From positions 32,001 through 96,000 of the IMG/VR virus record IMGVR_UViG_3300044630_002434: 64,000 nucleotides of DNA. One strand, 5' to 3'. The notes beneath the pieces are model-generated. The model saw nothing but the letters and a program-made list of their open reading frames with translations, searched no databases and had not been told where the DNA came from. Shown here piece by piece: positions 8,198 to 17,487 of this stretch; the stretch's first letter is position 1; every line of letters begins with the position of its first letter. This DNA is from a virus. The position numbers were made by a program, and so were the translations under genes.

Positions 8198-8445
8198 TTT
8201 GTCAAGTTAGTCAAAATACTCTATGACAACCGCGCCCACGAAAGAAACCGCACCAATTACTAGAGTTGCGATTAGGTAGGTAGGTGTTATAACTACTGGC
8301 TTTAGTAATCCAATAAACATAAGTTGTAGTTCCAGTAATGCCAATGGCAATGAGCCAATAGCAACATAAGTTAGTACGGCTTGTAAGTTAAATAAAAACA
8401 TCTTGCTCTCCTTTTCTTTATCGCCCCTTGCGATAACTCTATTAT
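8198..8445. repeat. copy 2 of exact 248-bp duplication
   Basis: Identical to 1742-1989. Confidence 0.95.
8207..8401 (-). CDS. small membrane protein (64 aa), copy 2
   Basis: Identical to 1751-1945. Confidence 0.8.
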   Translation of the reverse strand: MFLFNLQAVLTYVAIGSLPLALLELQLMFIGLLKPVVITPTYLIATLVIGAVSFVGAVVIEYFD

Positions 8446-8471
8446 TCCATAAGGATTGACATTTGTCAAGC

Positions 8472-8624
8472 CTAGTTCGCTTCCGCGATAGCGTGTCGGC
8501 GTTGGGCAGACCTATCGCGGTTACGGCGTGTACGCCTATCCGCAAACTTTGCAGACTTCTGGTTTAGGACATAGTGTCCCGAACCTGTCACTAGATTGTC
8601 TAGTGGACTCTTGCGCTTAGCCAT
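8472..8624 (-). CDS. Arg-rich micro-protein (50 aa, MAKRKSP...)
   Basis: Translated by hand; SD GAAAGGAG; promoter upstream. Confidence 0.65.
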   Translation of the reverse strand: MAKRKSPLDNLVTGSGHYVLNQKSAKFADRRTRRNRDRSAQRRHAIAEAN

Positions 8625-8771
8625 CTCTGACTCCTTTCAATAAATCTATTGTAGCACACTTCCCTGACATTTGTAAAATTACCCGCGCAAACTTTTAGTA
8701 AAAAATTTCAGTTATGAATTTTAAGAAAAAAGAAAACCTCGCCCTTTCGGGTGAGGCTCTCTTTCTACCTA

Positions 8772-8975
8772 CTAGACGGAAACTAACCGCCATTGTAGTT
8801 CCTCGAAACTATGGTGAGTGCGTAAGTCTTTGCACTCGGCTAGACAGTCTACGCAGACCTCAACTTCCGTTGAGTAGACAACTTTGCCTGAACCAACCAC
8901 ATCATACTGTGCCTTTACTATTTCAAAAGTGTTTGCTGACTCTACTCCGCAAGTGGCACATTCTAAGTTACTCAT
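8772..8975 (-). CDS. hypothetical zinc-finger protein (67 aa)
   Basis: CATC...CVDC; promoter, leader hairpin, terminator. Confidence 0.7.
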   Translation of the reverse strand: MSNLECATCGVESANTFEIVKAQYDVVGSGKVVYSTEVEVCVDCLAECKDLRTHHSFEELQWRLVSV

Positions 8976-9157
8976 TTTGTTCTCCCTCTATCAGTCACTC
9001 CCTGCAACTTGATAAATCAAGTTTAACATACTTACCTGACATTTGTCAAGTCACCGCGTGTTCGGCGTGTCGCAATTTTGTAGCACCCCTTTCCCTAAAA
9101 AATTTCAGTTATGAAAATAAGAAAACCCCACCTTTCGGTGGGGCTTTCCTTTGGTGG

Positions 9158-9310
9158 CTACTTACTTGGGTGACGGTGCATAGCCGAGTGAAGGTTGAGA
9201 TAACCCAACACATCATTACGAGTTAGGACTTCGCGACCCTGCGAGCAGGTTGGGCAGATAACTAACTTGCCTAGTCCTAGTGAAACTAGTGTGCGCTTTA
9301 GTGTATTCAC
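9158..9310 (-). CDS. micro-protein with CxxC...H motif (50 aa)
   Basis: Translated by hand; GTG after SD GAAAGGAG. Confidence 0.6.
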   Translation of the reverse strand: MNTLKRTLVSLGLGKLVICPTCSQGREVLTRNDVLGYLNLHSAMHRHPSK

Positions 9311-9412
9311 GCTTTTCTCCTTTCCTTATGTAATAATTGTATCATACCTTTATGACATTTTCTGTATTTCGAGAAAATAAACCCCGCCCGTAGGCGGGGC
9401 TTATTTTAGTGG

Positions 9413-9604
9413 CTAACTAACTTGCACCACTTTTAGTTCCCGCGCGTAGCGAACCAATACTTTGTAGCCTAAACGCTTTGCGTCAGATTTATTTAGGTAT
9501 TGACCCGTGTAAGACTGAAAATCCAAATCGGCGTTCCAATCTGCTTTCACTTCGGCTTGAGATTTGTATTCTCTGCCGTATGCTGGCTTTGCTTCAATAA
9601 ACAT
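9413..9604 (-). CDS. conserved phage hypothetical protein (63 aa)
   Basis: PAYGR.YKS..EV..DW....DF pattern; SD GGGAGG. Confidence 0.75.
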   Translation of the reverse strand: MFIEAKPAYGREYKSQAEVKADWNADLDFQSYTGQYLNKSDAKRLGYKVLVRYARELKVVQVS

Positions 9605-9758
9605 TTGTGTCCTCCCTTCCGTTAAAACTATTCTAGCGTACTTACCTGACATTATCAAGTTAAACGCCAATTTATTTTTTTCCTCGTGTTCATAACTGAA
9701 ATTTTTTAGCGAGGCGACAAAAAAATCCGCGCAATCTTCCGCGCGGGCTTCTTTGTGT

Positions 9759-10034
9759 TTAGTATTTGTAGGTGATGTTTAGGTATTGGTACTTGTAAGG
9801 AATTGTGACTTCCCTGCGTACTGGCTCTTCATCATCTTCGTCAAAACTTTCGTCAGTTTCGTAGCGCACTAGGATTTCGCTATCCTCTAAAGTCACTTCG
9901 ATTAACTCGGTAGCGCGGTAATCATCTACATAGTTTTTCCATTGACTAGTAATGTCCGCGATAGCGGTGTCTAGTGTGTCGTACAACACTTCGCCGTCTA
10001 GTTCGATAATGTCTACTGTTCTAACATCTGACAT
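9759..10034 (-). CDS. acidic hypothetical protein (91 aa)
   Basis: SD GAAAGGG; flanking promoter and terminator. Confidence 0.7.
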   Translation of the reverse strand: MSDVRTVDIIELDGEVLYDTLDTAIADITSQWKNYVDDYRATELIEVTLEDSEILVRYETDESFDEDDEEPVRREVTIPYKYQYLNITYKY

Positions 10035-10157
10035 TTTGTTCCCTTTCTTTTGCAACTCCCTGTTGCTAGTACCTAGCGTACACTACTTCCCTGACATTTG
10101 CAAGTTGAAAGGGGGGCGAGTTTCCCCGCCCCCTTTTCGTGCGCCCCTTAGCGCGGA

Positions 10158-10631
10158 TTACCACGAACTATCGTAGGCAAAACTCCAGCCCTCTGGGACT
10201 TTAGATAGTATGCGCCCTAGTTGGACTAGGGTGTCCTCAATCTGTTCCCAATACCACTCGTCAATTTCAATCGAGCCGTAGAAGAAACCTACTTGAGTTG
10301 GTAGCAATTCTTCCGCCACTTCTTTGCTCTTGCTTGTCCAAACTTTCATACAGACATCATTAAGTTCCTGCAACTCTTCGCGAGTGACATAATGCTCTTT
10401 GCAATTATCCTCGCCGTCTTGCACATTGTCCACGAACCATTGGTGTATCTGGTTAGCCTTGCGCCAGTAGCCAACTTTTACATTGACTGAAATTGACGGC
10501 ATCTCCTCGTTCTCAAAATCGCCCGTGCCAAGCACTTCCGCAACTTTTGCGTATGCTTCTTGCTTTGCTTGCTCTTGCCACAAACCACCTGATAGGTAGT
10601 TAGTCGCATAAAGGTACTGGTCTAGTCCCAT
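10158..10631 (-). CDS. conserved phage protein (MGLDQYL...YWRKANQIHQWF family)
   Basis: Characteristic N-terminal and YWRKAN motifs; ends in SSW. Confidence 0.85.
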   Translation of the reverse strand: MGLDQYLYATNYLSGGLWQEQAKQEAYAKVAEVLGTGDFENEEMPSISVNVKVGYWRKANQIHQWFVDNVQDGEDNCKEHYVTREELQELNDVCMKVWTSKSKEVAEELLPTQVGFFYGSIEIDEWYWEQIEDTLVQLGRILSKVPEGWSFAYDSSW

Positions 10632-10632
10632 T

Positions 10633-10803
10633 TTAGTTTTCTCCTTCTTGTTCTTCGATTACTTCTACATAAACTTCGTCTTTTTTGTAGGTTTCAATTT
10701 CAGAGAAGAAACGATTTTTAACTTCAATTTCTATCTCTTGGTCGGTAAGGTTTTCACCTTTTATTTCAATGGTGATACTAGCCGTACAGATGTAGGTAGT
10801 CAT
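10633..10803 (-). CDS. acidic hypothetical protein (56 aa)
   Basis: Translated by hand; SD GAAGGG. Confidence 0.65.
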   Translation of the reverse strand: MTTYICTASITIEIKGENLTDQEIEIEVKNRFFSEIETYKKDEVYVEVIEEQEGEN

Positions 10804-11031
10804 TGTATTTCCCTTCTGTAAGCAAGTCCCTCTTGCCTACTCTGTAAGTGTATCATACTACTCTGACATTTTCAACTTGAACGCGAAACTATTTTTTCCG
10901 CGCCCGCCCCCGTAAAAAATTTCAGTTTTGAAAAATAGAGAAAGCGCGAATCTCTCCGCGCTCTCTCATTTGTTATTCGACTTCATTATCCGTAAGGATT
11001 TGCTCTACTAAATACTCAACCGTGTATTCTA

Positions 11032-11328
11032 TTATCGTACCTCGTACTCTCTGCTGACACCGTGGTATTCATAAAGGTTTAAGCCGTTGCTATCGCACTC
11101 TAGGCAATACAGTTCGGTATCGGTGACATCAGTAATGTCAAAATCTTCTGACAGGATTATGTCGCCGTTCTCATCTACTGTTGTCTTGTATTTATTCGCG
11201 ACAGACATGTAGTAATTTAAGTTGTGTTCTGGGTAATAACCCTGCTCGCCTTCACAAGTTTTGCAGAACGGTGTGCAGTCGAAACCGCCCCCGTGTTCTG
11301 GACACTCAATCATTTCTTGTTCGCTCAT
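11032..11328 (-). CDS. Cys-rich hypothetical protein (98 aa)
   Basis: CPEH..FDCTPFC..C; SD GAAGGG. Confidence 0.7.
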   Translation of the reverse strand: MSEQEMIECPEHGGGFDCTPFCKTCEGEQGYYPEHNLNYYMSVANKYKTTVDENGDIILSEDFDITDVTDTELYCLECDSNGLNLYEYHGVSREYEVR

Positions 11329-11422
11329 TTTGTTTCCCTTCTTAGAGTGAGTCCCTCTCGCTCTATGATAAGTATACGCCCCTAGCCTGACATTTGTCAA
11401 ATCAGGGGCGCATACCGCGTGT

Positions 11423-11653
11423 TTAATCTTGATGTGTCGTGTCTAGTAGCCGTGCAAGGCTGTCCTCAACTTCGTAGAGTCGGCTATGCATTTGGGGGTC
11501 GTCGCCTTCGCGTGGCTTGTACCACTCGTCGCCTGTCCAAACCTGACCGTCATAAAACTTTGCGTCAGTCGTTTCGGCATCTACAAAAAACTTCTTTGCT
11601 TCTGGGTCATACCTAACAACAAAGTGCATCTCAAAATCTAATTCGCTCATCAC
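11423..11653 (-). CDS. hypothetical protein
   Basis: Coupled ORF. Confidence 0.65.
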   Translation of the reverse strand: MMSELDFEMHFVVRYDPEAKKFFVDAETTDAKFYDGQVWTGDEWYKPREGDDPQMHSRLYEVEDSLARLLDTTHQD

Positions 11654-11871
11654 AAATCCTCGCCGTTTTCGTCTTGGAAGATTAGGTCGCCTAAATTATT
11701 TTCGTGACCAAATCCGCAACCAAAATCCTCGTTTACCCAGCCCTCTATGTATTCCATAATGTCTGGCAGACTTACGTTAGTTCTACCTTGCTCTTGTAGT
11801 TCAGCAGTAATCCGCTCAACGTCATAGGTGACAACTTTCATCACATTTATGCGCTTTGGTAGTTCGCTCAT
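11650..11871 (-). CDS. hypothetical protein (73 aa)
   Basis: Coupled ORF (TGATG). Confidence 0.7.
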   Translation of the reverse strand: MSELPKRINVMKVVTYDVERITAELQEQGRTNVSLPDIMEYIEGWVNEDFGCGFGHENNLGDLIFQDENGEDL

Positions 11872-12059
11872 CACGCCACTTCCTCTTCTACTTGCCACGC
11901 ATCGGCAACCTGTGTTCCGTTGCTTTCGGTAATGTAATCTGACTCTGGGCTATTCATTACAATTTCCCAGCCTATCTTTCGCGCCTCTTGCTCGCTACTG
12001 GCTTCCACCTGTAATGAGTGAGTCAGGCGTTCGTCTATGCGTACTTCGTACTTAGCCAT
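11871..12059 (-). CDS. hypothetical protein (62 aa)
   Basis: Y.V.I.E.L...V.VEASSE.EA pattern; SD GAAGGG. Confidence 0.7.
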   Translation of the reverse strand: MAKYEVRIDERLTHSLQVEASSEQEARKIGWEIVMNSPESDYITESNGTQVADAWQVEEEVA

Positions 12060-12239
12060 TTTTTTCCCTTCTCGGTAAGTCCCTCTCACCAATAACTCTA
12101 TAATACACTACTAGCCTGACATACGCAAGTCGAACACGAAATTATCTTTTCCCGCGCCTTCGCTGAGTCCGCCAGAAAAAATTTCAGTTATCGCTAAACC
12201 AAGAAACCCCTAGCCTTTCGGCTAGAGGCATCTTTTGGA

Positions 12240-12416
12240 TTAAGCGGTGATGAGTCCCTCATCTATCAAGGTGCTGGCAATCCTGCCGTAAGAACCTTGC
12301 AGTTGCCACGCTAGTCGCGTATCAACTAGTTTCTGAAACAAGTCAATCGTTTCTTCTCTGTCGAGAGTTCCTTCCTCAAACGCGATAATGAGGTTTGTTA
12401 TGTTGTCTAGTGACAT
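12240..12416 (-). CDS. conserved phage hypothetical protein (58 aa)
   Basis: FQ.LVDT.LAW.LQGSYGR motif. Confidence 0.75.
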   Translation of the reverse strand: MSLDNITNLIIAFEEGTLDREETIDLFQKLVDTRLAWQLQGSYGRIASTLIDEGLITA

Positions 12417-12509
12417 TTGCTTCCCTTTCGTATTCGCCGTACTTCGGCTTATGTAATAAGGATACACTAAACCCCTGACATTTGTCAAGGGCTTAGTGTC
12501 CCTGCGTGT

Positions 12510-12791
12510 TTAGGCTACTTCTTCTTCTTCGGCATCAGGGCAAGTAACGCGCCCCCAATAAACGATTGTGTCGTACCCCATTGAGTCGGTACTGCTGTTG
12601 CTGATTAGTTCATCGCGCAGTTCCTCATCTTCTACTAGGCGTGAGATTGCTACGCCAAGTTCTAACAGATTGTGCGCCACAATACCTACGCAACTATCGC
12701 CGAACATTCCGCGCCCTGAATAATCGGCGCGTACACTTCCTTCAACTTCTTGAGCAATTTCTTCAAGTAGTTCGAGTGAGATTGTAAACAT
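12510..12791 (-). CDS. conserved phage hypothetical protein (93 aa)
   Basis: YSGRGMFG..C.GIV and DSMG...IVYW motifs. Confidence 0.8.
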   Translation of the reverse strand: MFTISLELLEEIAQEVEGSVRADYSGRGMFGDSCVGIVAHNLLELGVAISRLVEDEELRDELISNSSTDSMGYDTIVYWGRVTCPDAEEEEVA

Positions 12792-12951
12792 CTTGCTCTC
12801 CTTCTATCAGTAAGTCCTTCTTGCTGATAAAACTATTATAACATACTTCCCTGACATTTGCAAATTAAGATTTTTAGCGCGTGTCGCCCTAAAAAATTTC
12901 AGTTTTGCCAAACAAAAAAATCCGCGCACTTGGCGCGGACTTTTTGTGAGG

Positions 12952-13263
12952 TTAGCGTTTCGAGCATTCCTCGTCGTGTTCAATTTCGCCCTCGTACTTG
13001 TCTGTTATTGAGTAACACTCTTGACAAGTTTCTATTGGCATCAACTTGTATTTGTAAACCGCGCTGGCTTCGTTATCGTCCAGTAGCGACTCCGCGATTT
13101 CGTCTGTCCAGTTCCACCACTTGCTAATAATGCTTTCGGCATCTGCGTATTCGTTGTGCTGTAAGTCGAAAGCAAACTTGCCAACTACTGTCGCAAACCT
13201 AATTGAATCCATTTCGGCTATTGCGTGGTACATACGCCTTGCGTTAATTGTTTCTCGACTCAT
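12952..13263 (-). CDS. hypothetical protein (103 aa)
   Basis: SD GAAAGGGG; promoter and terminator. Confidence 0.7.
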   Translation of the reverse strand: MSRETINARRMYHAIAEMDSIRFATVVGKFAFDLQHNEYADAESIISKWWNWTDEIAESLLDDNEASAVYKYKLMPIETCQECYSITDKYEGEIEHDEECSKR

Positions 13264-13355
13264 TTGAGTCCCCTTTCGTTTTGTCGTATTTCGACTATGA
13301 GATAAGGTTACACCCAACCCCTGACATTTGTCAAGGGCTGGGCTAACCTGCGTGT

Positions 13356-13670
13356 TTAGAGATTATTTAGTTCTATGTATTCGTAGGCTTTCTCGAAAGA
13401 CTTGACGACACTTTCTCTAGTTGCATCTAAGTCCTCAACAATAAAGTCCAGATACTTTTCATTAGCGTGGTCAATCAGGTAAGCAACATACTTTCCTGTA
13501 TCTGGGTTTTGGTTGAAACAAAACTCAAGCCCATCTTTTGGAAACGCGCTGGCTATGTAGCCAACCCCTGCGTCAAAGGTGTAAGCCATAAAACGAGGGT
13601 CAGTAATGCTTGCTAATAGTTCGCGCTGGTCTTTTGCATCTTGCGTTATGTAATCTGCGTGAGTATTCAC
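13356..13670 (-). CDS. hypothetical protein (104 aa)
   Basis: SD AAAGG; own promoter. Confidence 0.7.
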   Translation of the reverse strand: MNTHADYITQDAKDQRELLASITDPRFMAYTFDAGVGYIASAFPKDGLEFCFNQNPDTGKYVAYLIDHANEKYLDFIVEDLDATRESVVKSFEKAYEYIELNNL

Positions 13671-13906
13671 TTTGAGTGTTTATCCTTTTCTGTTAGTGAC
13701 TTTCACCAACAAGTACCACTTTAGCAGATTACCCTGACATTTCCAAATCGAGATTTTTGATGCGTGTTGCGGTAAAAAATTTCAGTTTTGCGCAAACGAA
13801 AACCCGCACCGAAAAAATTTCAGTACGGGCTTCGCTTAGAAACTGTCGGAAGGCTGACACACGCTGGAAGGACGATACCCCCCGACAGGGCTTATGGGTT
13901 ATTCAA

Positions 13907-15715
13907 TTATCCGTTACGGTTTCCCATAGCGGTTAGTGCTTTCGCACACGCTTGTCCGATAGCGTTGGACGCTTCCGTTGGAGAAGTCACTCCGCTTAAC
14001 GGCTCTACCGTTGTCCCCCTTAGGAGACTTCTGGCACTAGACCCGTTGTCGAACGGTATCCATACTACCGCAACGCCGTTACTCTCACATTGCGACACCC
14101 AACTCCTTGCTTTCTGGGACTCCTCATAGGTGAACACGCCGTCCGATACCACAACTAGAAGCCTAGCACCGTCGCCGTTAAGCAGATTTAACTCGCCGTC
14201 TACTGCCTTGAACGCCTTGTCAAACTTTTCAGTTCCGTCTGGCGCTGTGTAGACCGTTACATCCGTTAGGTGCTGACCACTCTTAAGGGTAGGGAACACA
14301 TCGTCACCGTAGTAAACCATCGCGCACTTACCTTGCACTCGCCGAGTTGCTTCCGACATTACCCACGCCGTTGTCGCCATCGGTTGCATAGCCGAGTTCA
14401 TCGAACCGCTAATGTCTACCAGCACGCCGACCTTTAGTGTTGGCTCGTCCGTTGTCTTGCGGACTCGCTTACGCCAAGGTTGCGCCGTTGGTTGCACGCC
14501 GATTGATTTGTGCGCTTCGTTCTGGATAGCCGAGCGAGTTCGTAGCCGTCCACCGGGGACAATGCTACGCACTTCGATAACATCGCGCTCGCGATACTTC
14601 GCACGCTCTAGTGCGCTCGCCACTTTCACCGCGCTAATGCGCTCGTCTGCCGTAGGCTTGCGAACCTCTATTGCGCGACTACGAGTACGGCTAGAGTCTG
14701 ATGGACCAGTGCCACGCCCGAAAACTTCTTGAGCAACTTTAATGTTCTCACGACTTTGCTTTGCACTGTCCGCGCGATTCTTAACTTCGTCTTTCCATTC
14801 CTCTGACTCCTCTTGGTCAGCAAGTTCGGAGTAGTTAGATACCGCAACATTGTCAGATGCTTCTTTCAACCTCTCAAGTAATTCTTTTAGTGCTTCACCA
14901 ATTTCAGATGTGGATTCGCCACTGCCACCAGAAGTGCTTTCGCTACCAGACGTATCCTCGCCACGTTCGTTTGCAAGGTCACGAATAATCTGTGCCCACT
15001 CACGCGCTAGAGGATAAACAGGTTCTAGGTTTCTGTGGTCTGTGTGTGTAATGAAACGCTCGATAACATTAGATAACTTTTCAACAGTTTCGTTGCCTAA
15101 GTATTCCTCTACAAAATCTGTAACTTCTAGAACATCATCGCGCTCTAAGATTCCACCAATGATTCGACCATGCACTAGTCCAACTAAAGTTGCAATGTTT
15201 GAAACAGTGCCTTGCGTTAAATCTGATGATTCAAAATCTGCGATAACAATTTCCATCGCGCTTGAGCGTAGGAATGCGCGATACCTAGCATCAAGCAAAA
15301 TACCTTGTGCTTCGATTCGTGTTTCCTCGAGTAGCATTAGTGCTTCGTATTCGTCTGACTTTAATGCGTCATAAGCAGACTCTAGACTCCACTTTGAGAA
15401 CCGCGCGTGAAATGCTTCGTGCATCACTGCGCCAGTAGCCTTTGGGAATTCGTACTGCGTTGAGCGTTCGTTGATGTCGCCAATGTGTTCTGGCTTAATG
15501 CCAAACCCAAAAGCAATTTCTGTGTTTACTTCAATCTCTGCAATCGCTGGTTTGTAGCACGCTGGCGCATTGCTACCTGCAACAGGAGATGCAAGCCCAA
15601 CTAAATCGCTACGACCTGCTACGCCATTTGCTAGTTGTGCAATCTGCGAACCAACTGCGTACCATTCTGGATGTCTATCTCCAGAAGTCTTACTATGTGT
15701 GTCAATGTGTGCCAT
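13907..15715 (-). CDS. vWA-domain protein with N-terminal HExxH domain (CobT-like MoxR partner)
   Basis: MIDAS DISGSM, VVVSDG; HEAFH and LEETRIE; low-complexity linker. Confidence 0.85.
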   Translation of the reverse strand: MAHIDTHSKTSGDRHPEWYAVGSQIAQLANGVAGRSDLVGLASPVAGSNAPACYKPAIAEIEVNTEIAFGFGIKPEHIGDINERSTQYEFPKATGAVMHEAFHARFSKWSLESAYDALKSDEYEALMLLEETRIEAQGILLDARYRAFLRSSAMEIVIADFESSDLTQGTVSNIATLVGLVHGRIIGGILERDDVLEVTDFVEEYLGNETVEKLSNVIERFITHTDHRNLEPVYPLAREWAQIIRDLANERGEDTSGSESTSGGSGESTSEIGEALKELLERLKEASDNVAVSNYSELADQEESEEWKDEVKNRADSAKQSRENIKVAQEVFGRGTGPSDSSRTRSRAIEVRKPTADERISAVKVASALERAKYRERDVIEVRSIVPGGRLRTRSAIQNEAHKSIGVQPTAQPWRKRVRKTTDEPTLKVGVLVDISGSMNSAMQPMATTAWVMSEATRRVQGKCAMVYYGDDVFPTLKSGQHLTDVTVYTAPDGTEKFDKAFKAVDGELNLLNGDGARLLVVVSDGVFTYEESQKARSWVSQCESNGVAVVWIPFDNGSSARSLLRGTTVEPLSGVTSPTEASNAIGQACAKALTAMGNRNG

Positions 15716-15849
15716 CTCTGGCTCCTTCCTTTGTACGCCCCTTTGACGTACTCTGTGAGTTTATCATACCTTTCTGGAATCTCCAAATTGGGGTAGGGGA
15801 GTCGGAAAACACTCACGAAAACCGACTCCCCCTTTAGCAAGGAAAGGGA

Positions 15850-16881
15850 CTAAATCCTTGCTGGCTTATACTCCGCACCAAACACTCGCGACAAAACATC
15901 TGCCACGATTGGTCTGTCCATCTCTGGTGCAGAAGCAAGTAAGTTCGAGATACCAAACGGAACCCCGAATGTTGTAACGATGTCGCGAAACGCTAGGAGT
16001 TCGCGCATCTGTGGAGCCCAAGATACTTCACCAGACTCTTGCTTCTTAGCAAGGTTCTGCGCAACAGTAACTAGGTTGCTAGGTACACCTAAGGTGCGAG
16101 CAAGTGACCAGTCAGTTGCCATCTCTGCTTGAACAGTAAAGCGAGATAGTAACGCTTCTGAAAGTCGTACCCCCGGAGCATTAGGGTTAGTTGCGCCCAC
16201 GACATAGAAGTCAGGGTGAACCTTGACAGTACCTCTATCTGGATTAGCAGTAACAGTAATTTCGCCACGTCCATCCATTGCGCCATACAAACCTGAAAGT
16301 TGCTTAGGGTCAATCAGACCAATTTCGTCAATAAACAAAACCGCACCTTCCTCTGCTGCTCGTACAAGTGGACCATCTACCCACTCGAAACCACCTGATG
16401 GATTCTGTACGAAACCACCAAGGAAGTCTGACATTTCAATGTCAGCAGTTCCAAGCACTGTGTACATGTTTCCAGCAAACGCTGCTTCGACTAATGCAGT
16501 CTTACCAGTTCCCGGTGCGCCATAAAGCAACGCGAACATTGGCGAACCAACTTTGTCTGTAACAGCCAAGGTAGTTGCTTCACGAGCCTTGCGTAGTGTC
16601 GCAACATCTTGATGCTCGCCCCAAGTTCGAGCGTGGTACACACTTCCATTTGGGCGAGTGTATTGACTACCACTTGACTCAAGTGTTACACCTGATGTTG
16701 TGATTGGTGTCGCTACGCGAGCCACGCGAGGTGCGCGTTCTACGAAACGACCTTGTGGTGATACCTGCGAGATTACTCTCATAGATGCTTCTGGTGATAC
16801 TGACTGCGCAACCATGTCGTCTAACATGGAAGTGAATTCAGTTCCCCACTTTGAATAAATTTCATTTTCTTTGATGCTCAT
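15850..16881 (-). CDS. MoxR/CobS-like AAA+ ATPase
   Basis: Walker A GAPGTGKT, Walker B LFIDE, W.DGPL, ATNP, ALLSRF. Confidence 0.9.
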   Translation of the reverse strand: MSIKENEIYSKWGTEFTSMLDDMVAQSVSPEASMRVISQVSPQGRFVERAPRVARVATPITTSGVTLESSGSQYTRPNGSVYHARTWGEHQDVATLRKAREATTLAVTDKVGSPMFALLYGAPGTGKTALVEAAFAGNMYTVLGTADIEMSDFLGGFVQNPSGGFEWVDGPLVRAAEEGAVLFIDEIGLIDPKQLSGLYGAMDGRGEITVTANPDRGTVKVHPDFYVVGATNPNAPGVRLSEALLSRFTVQAEMATDWSLARTLGVPSNLVTVAQNLAKKQESGEVSWAPQMRELLAFRDIVTTFGVPFGISNLLASAPEMDRPIVADVLSRVFGAEYKPARI

Positions 16882-16897
16882 AATTTTCAGTCCCTTT

Positions 16898-17365
16898 CTA
16901 CGCTGTGAACATTTCTGGATAAGATAATGCAGTTCGAGTCTGATTGATTCGATGCACGACCTTAGTTGGAGTCTTGCTGTTTGTTACGTCAGTCAAGTCT
17001 TTCTGTGAAACTTCCACAAAAAATGGCTTGCCAACGATTGTGCTACTAATTGAAACGCGCTTCATAAGCCACGCTAGTGTCTCAATTCGTCCCTCGCGAT
17101 GTTCATCTGATGTAGACCCTGTTACTGGGTCAACAAGTTGACGCTGGAGTGTTTGTATTTTCCATTGCTTCTTTGGTTGTGAAACCGAAAGACGACGATA
17201 GTAAGCACGTGCTATTGAGAAATTTCCATGTTCGTTCCAACCATCTGGTGTAATGAACATCTGAAAAATCTGATGGTATTCATTTTTGAATTCCACATAC
17301 AAGGCAGTGCCTTGTACTTTCTTTTCTGGGTCTGTAAGCAGACCAAGAGGTGTTTCTAGTGACAT
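16898..17365 (-). CDS. hypothetical protein (155 aa)
   Basis: First gene of the AAA/vWA operon; SD GGAAGG. Confidence 0.7.
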   Translation of the reverse strand: MSLETPLGLLTDPEKKVQGTALYVEFKNEYHQIFQMFITPDGWNEHGNFSIARAYYRRLSVSQPKKQWKIQTLQRQLVDPVTGSTSDEHREGRIETLAWLMKRVSISSTIVGKPFFVEVSQKDLTDVTNSKTPTKVVHRINQTRTALSYPEMFTA

Positions 17366-17487
17366 GAGTGTTTCCTTCCCTTTATGTCTTTGTCCCTGTG
17401 ACAAGTCTTACTTTAGCATAACTCTATGATGTAGTCAAATCGGGGTAGGAGTTTTTCTAAGGAGACCTACCCCGACCTGACCCCTAA

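Noticed and set aside
1962-8436. TTATCGC-N5-GCGATA(A/G) as ClgR-type CGC-N5-GCG operators
   Set aside because: The spacing fits, but these belong to a larger leader-hairpin family with unrelated stems and G-U pairs, so RNA structure explains them more simply; not fully excluded
185-12488. Repeated N-terminal peptide (L/M)TNVR in several ORF-track proteins
   Set aside because: It is the translation of the promoter motif TTGACAAATGTCAGG; the real starts lie downstream, after SD sequences
13907-16881. cobS/cobT as cobalamin-biosynthesis auxiliary genes supporting nrdJ
   Set aside because: Generic MoxR/vWA features only; no cobN or other cob genes in the window
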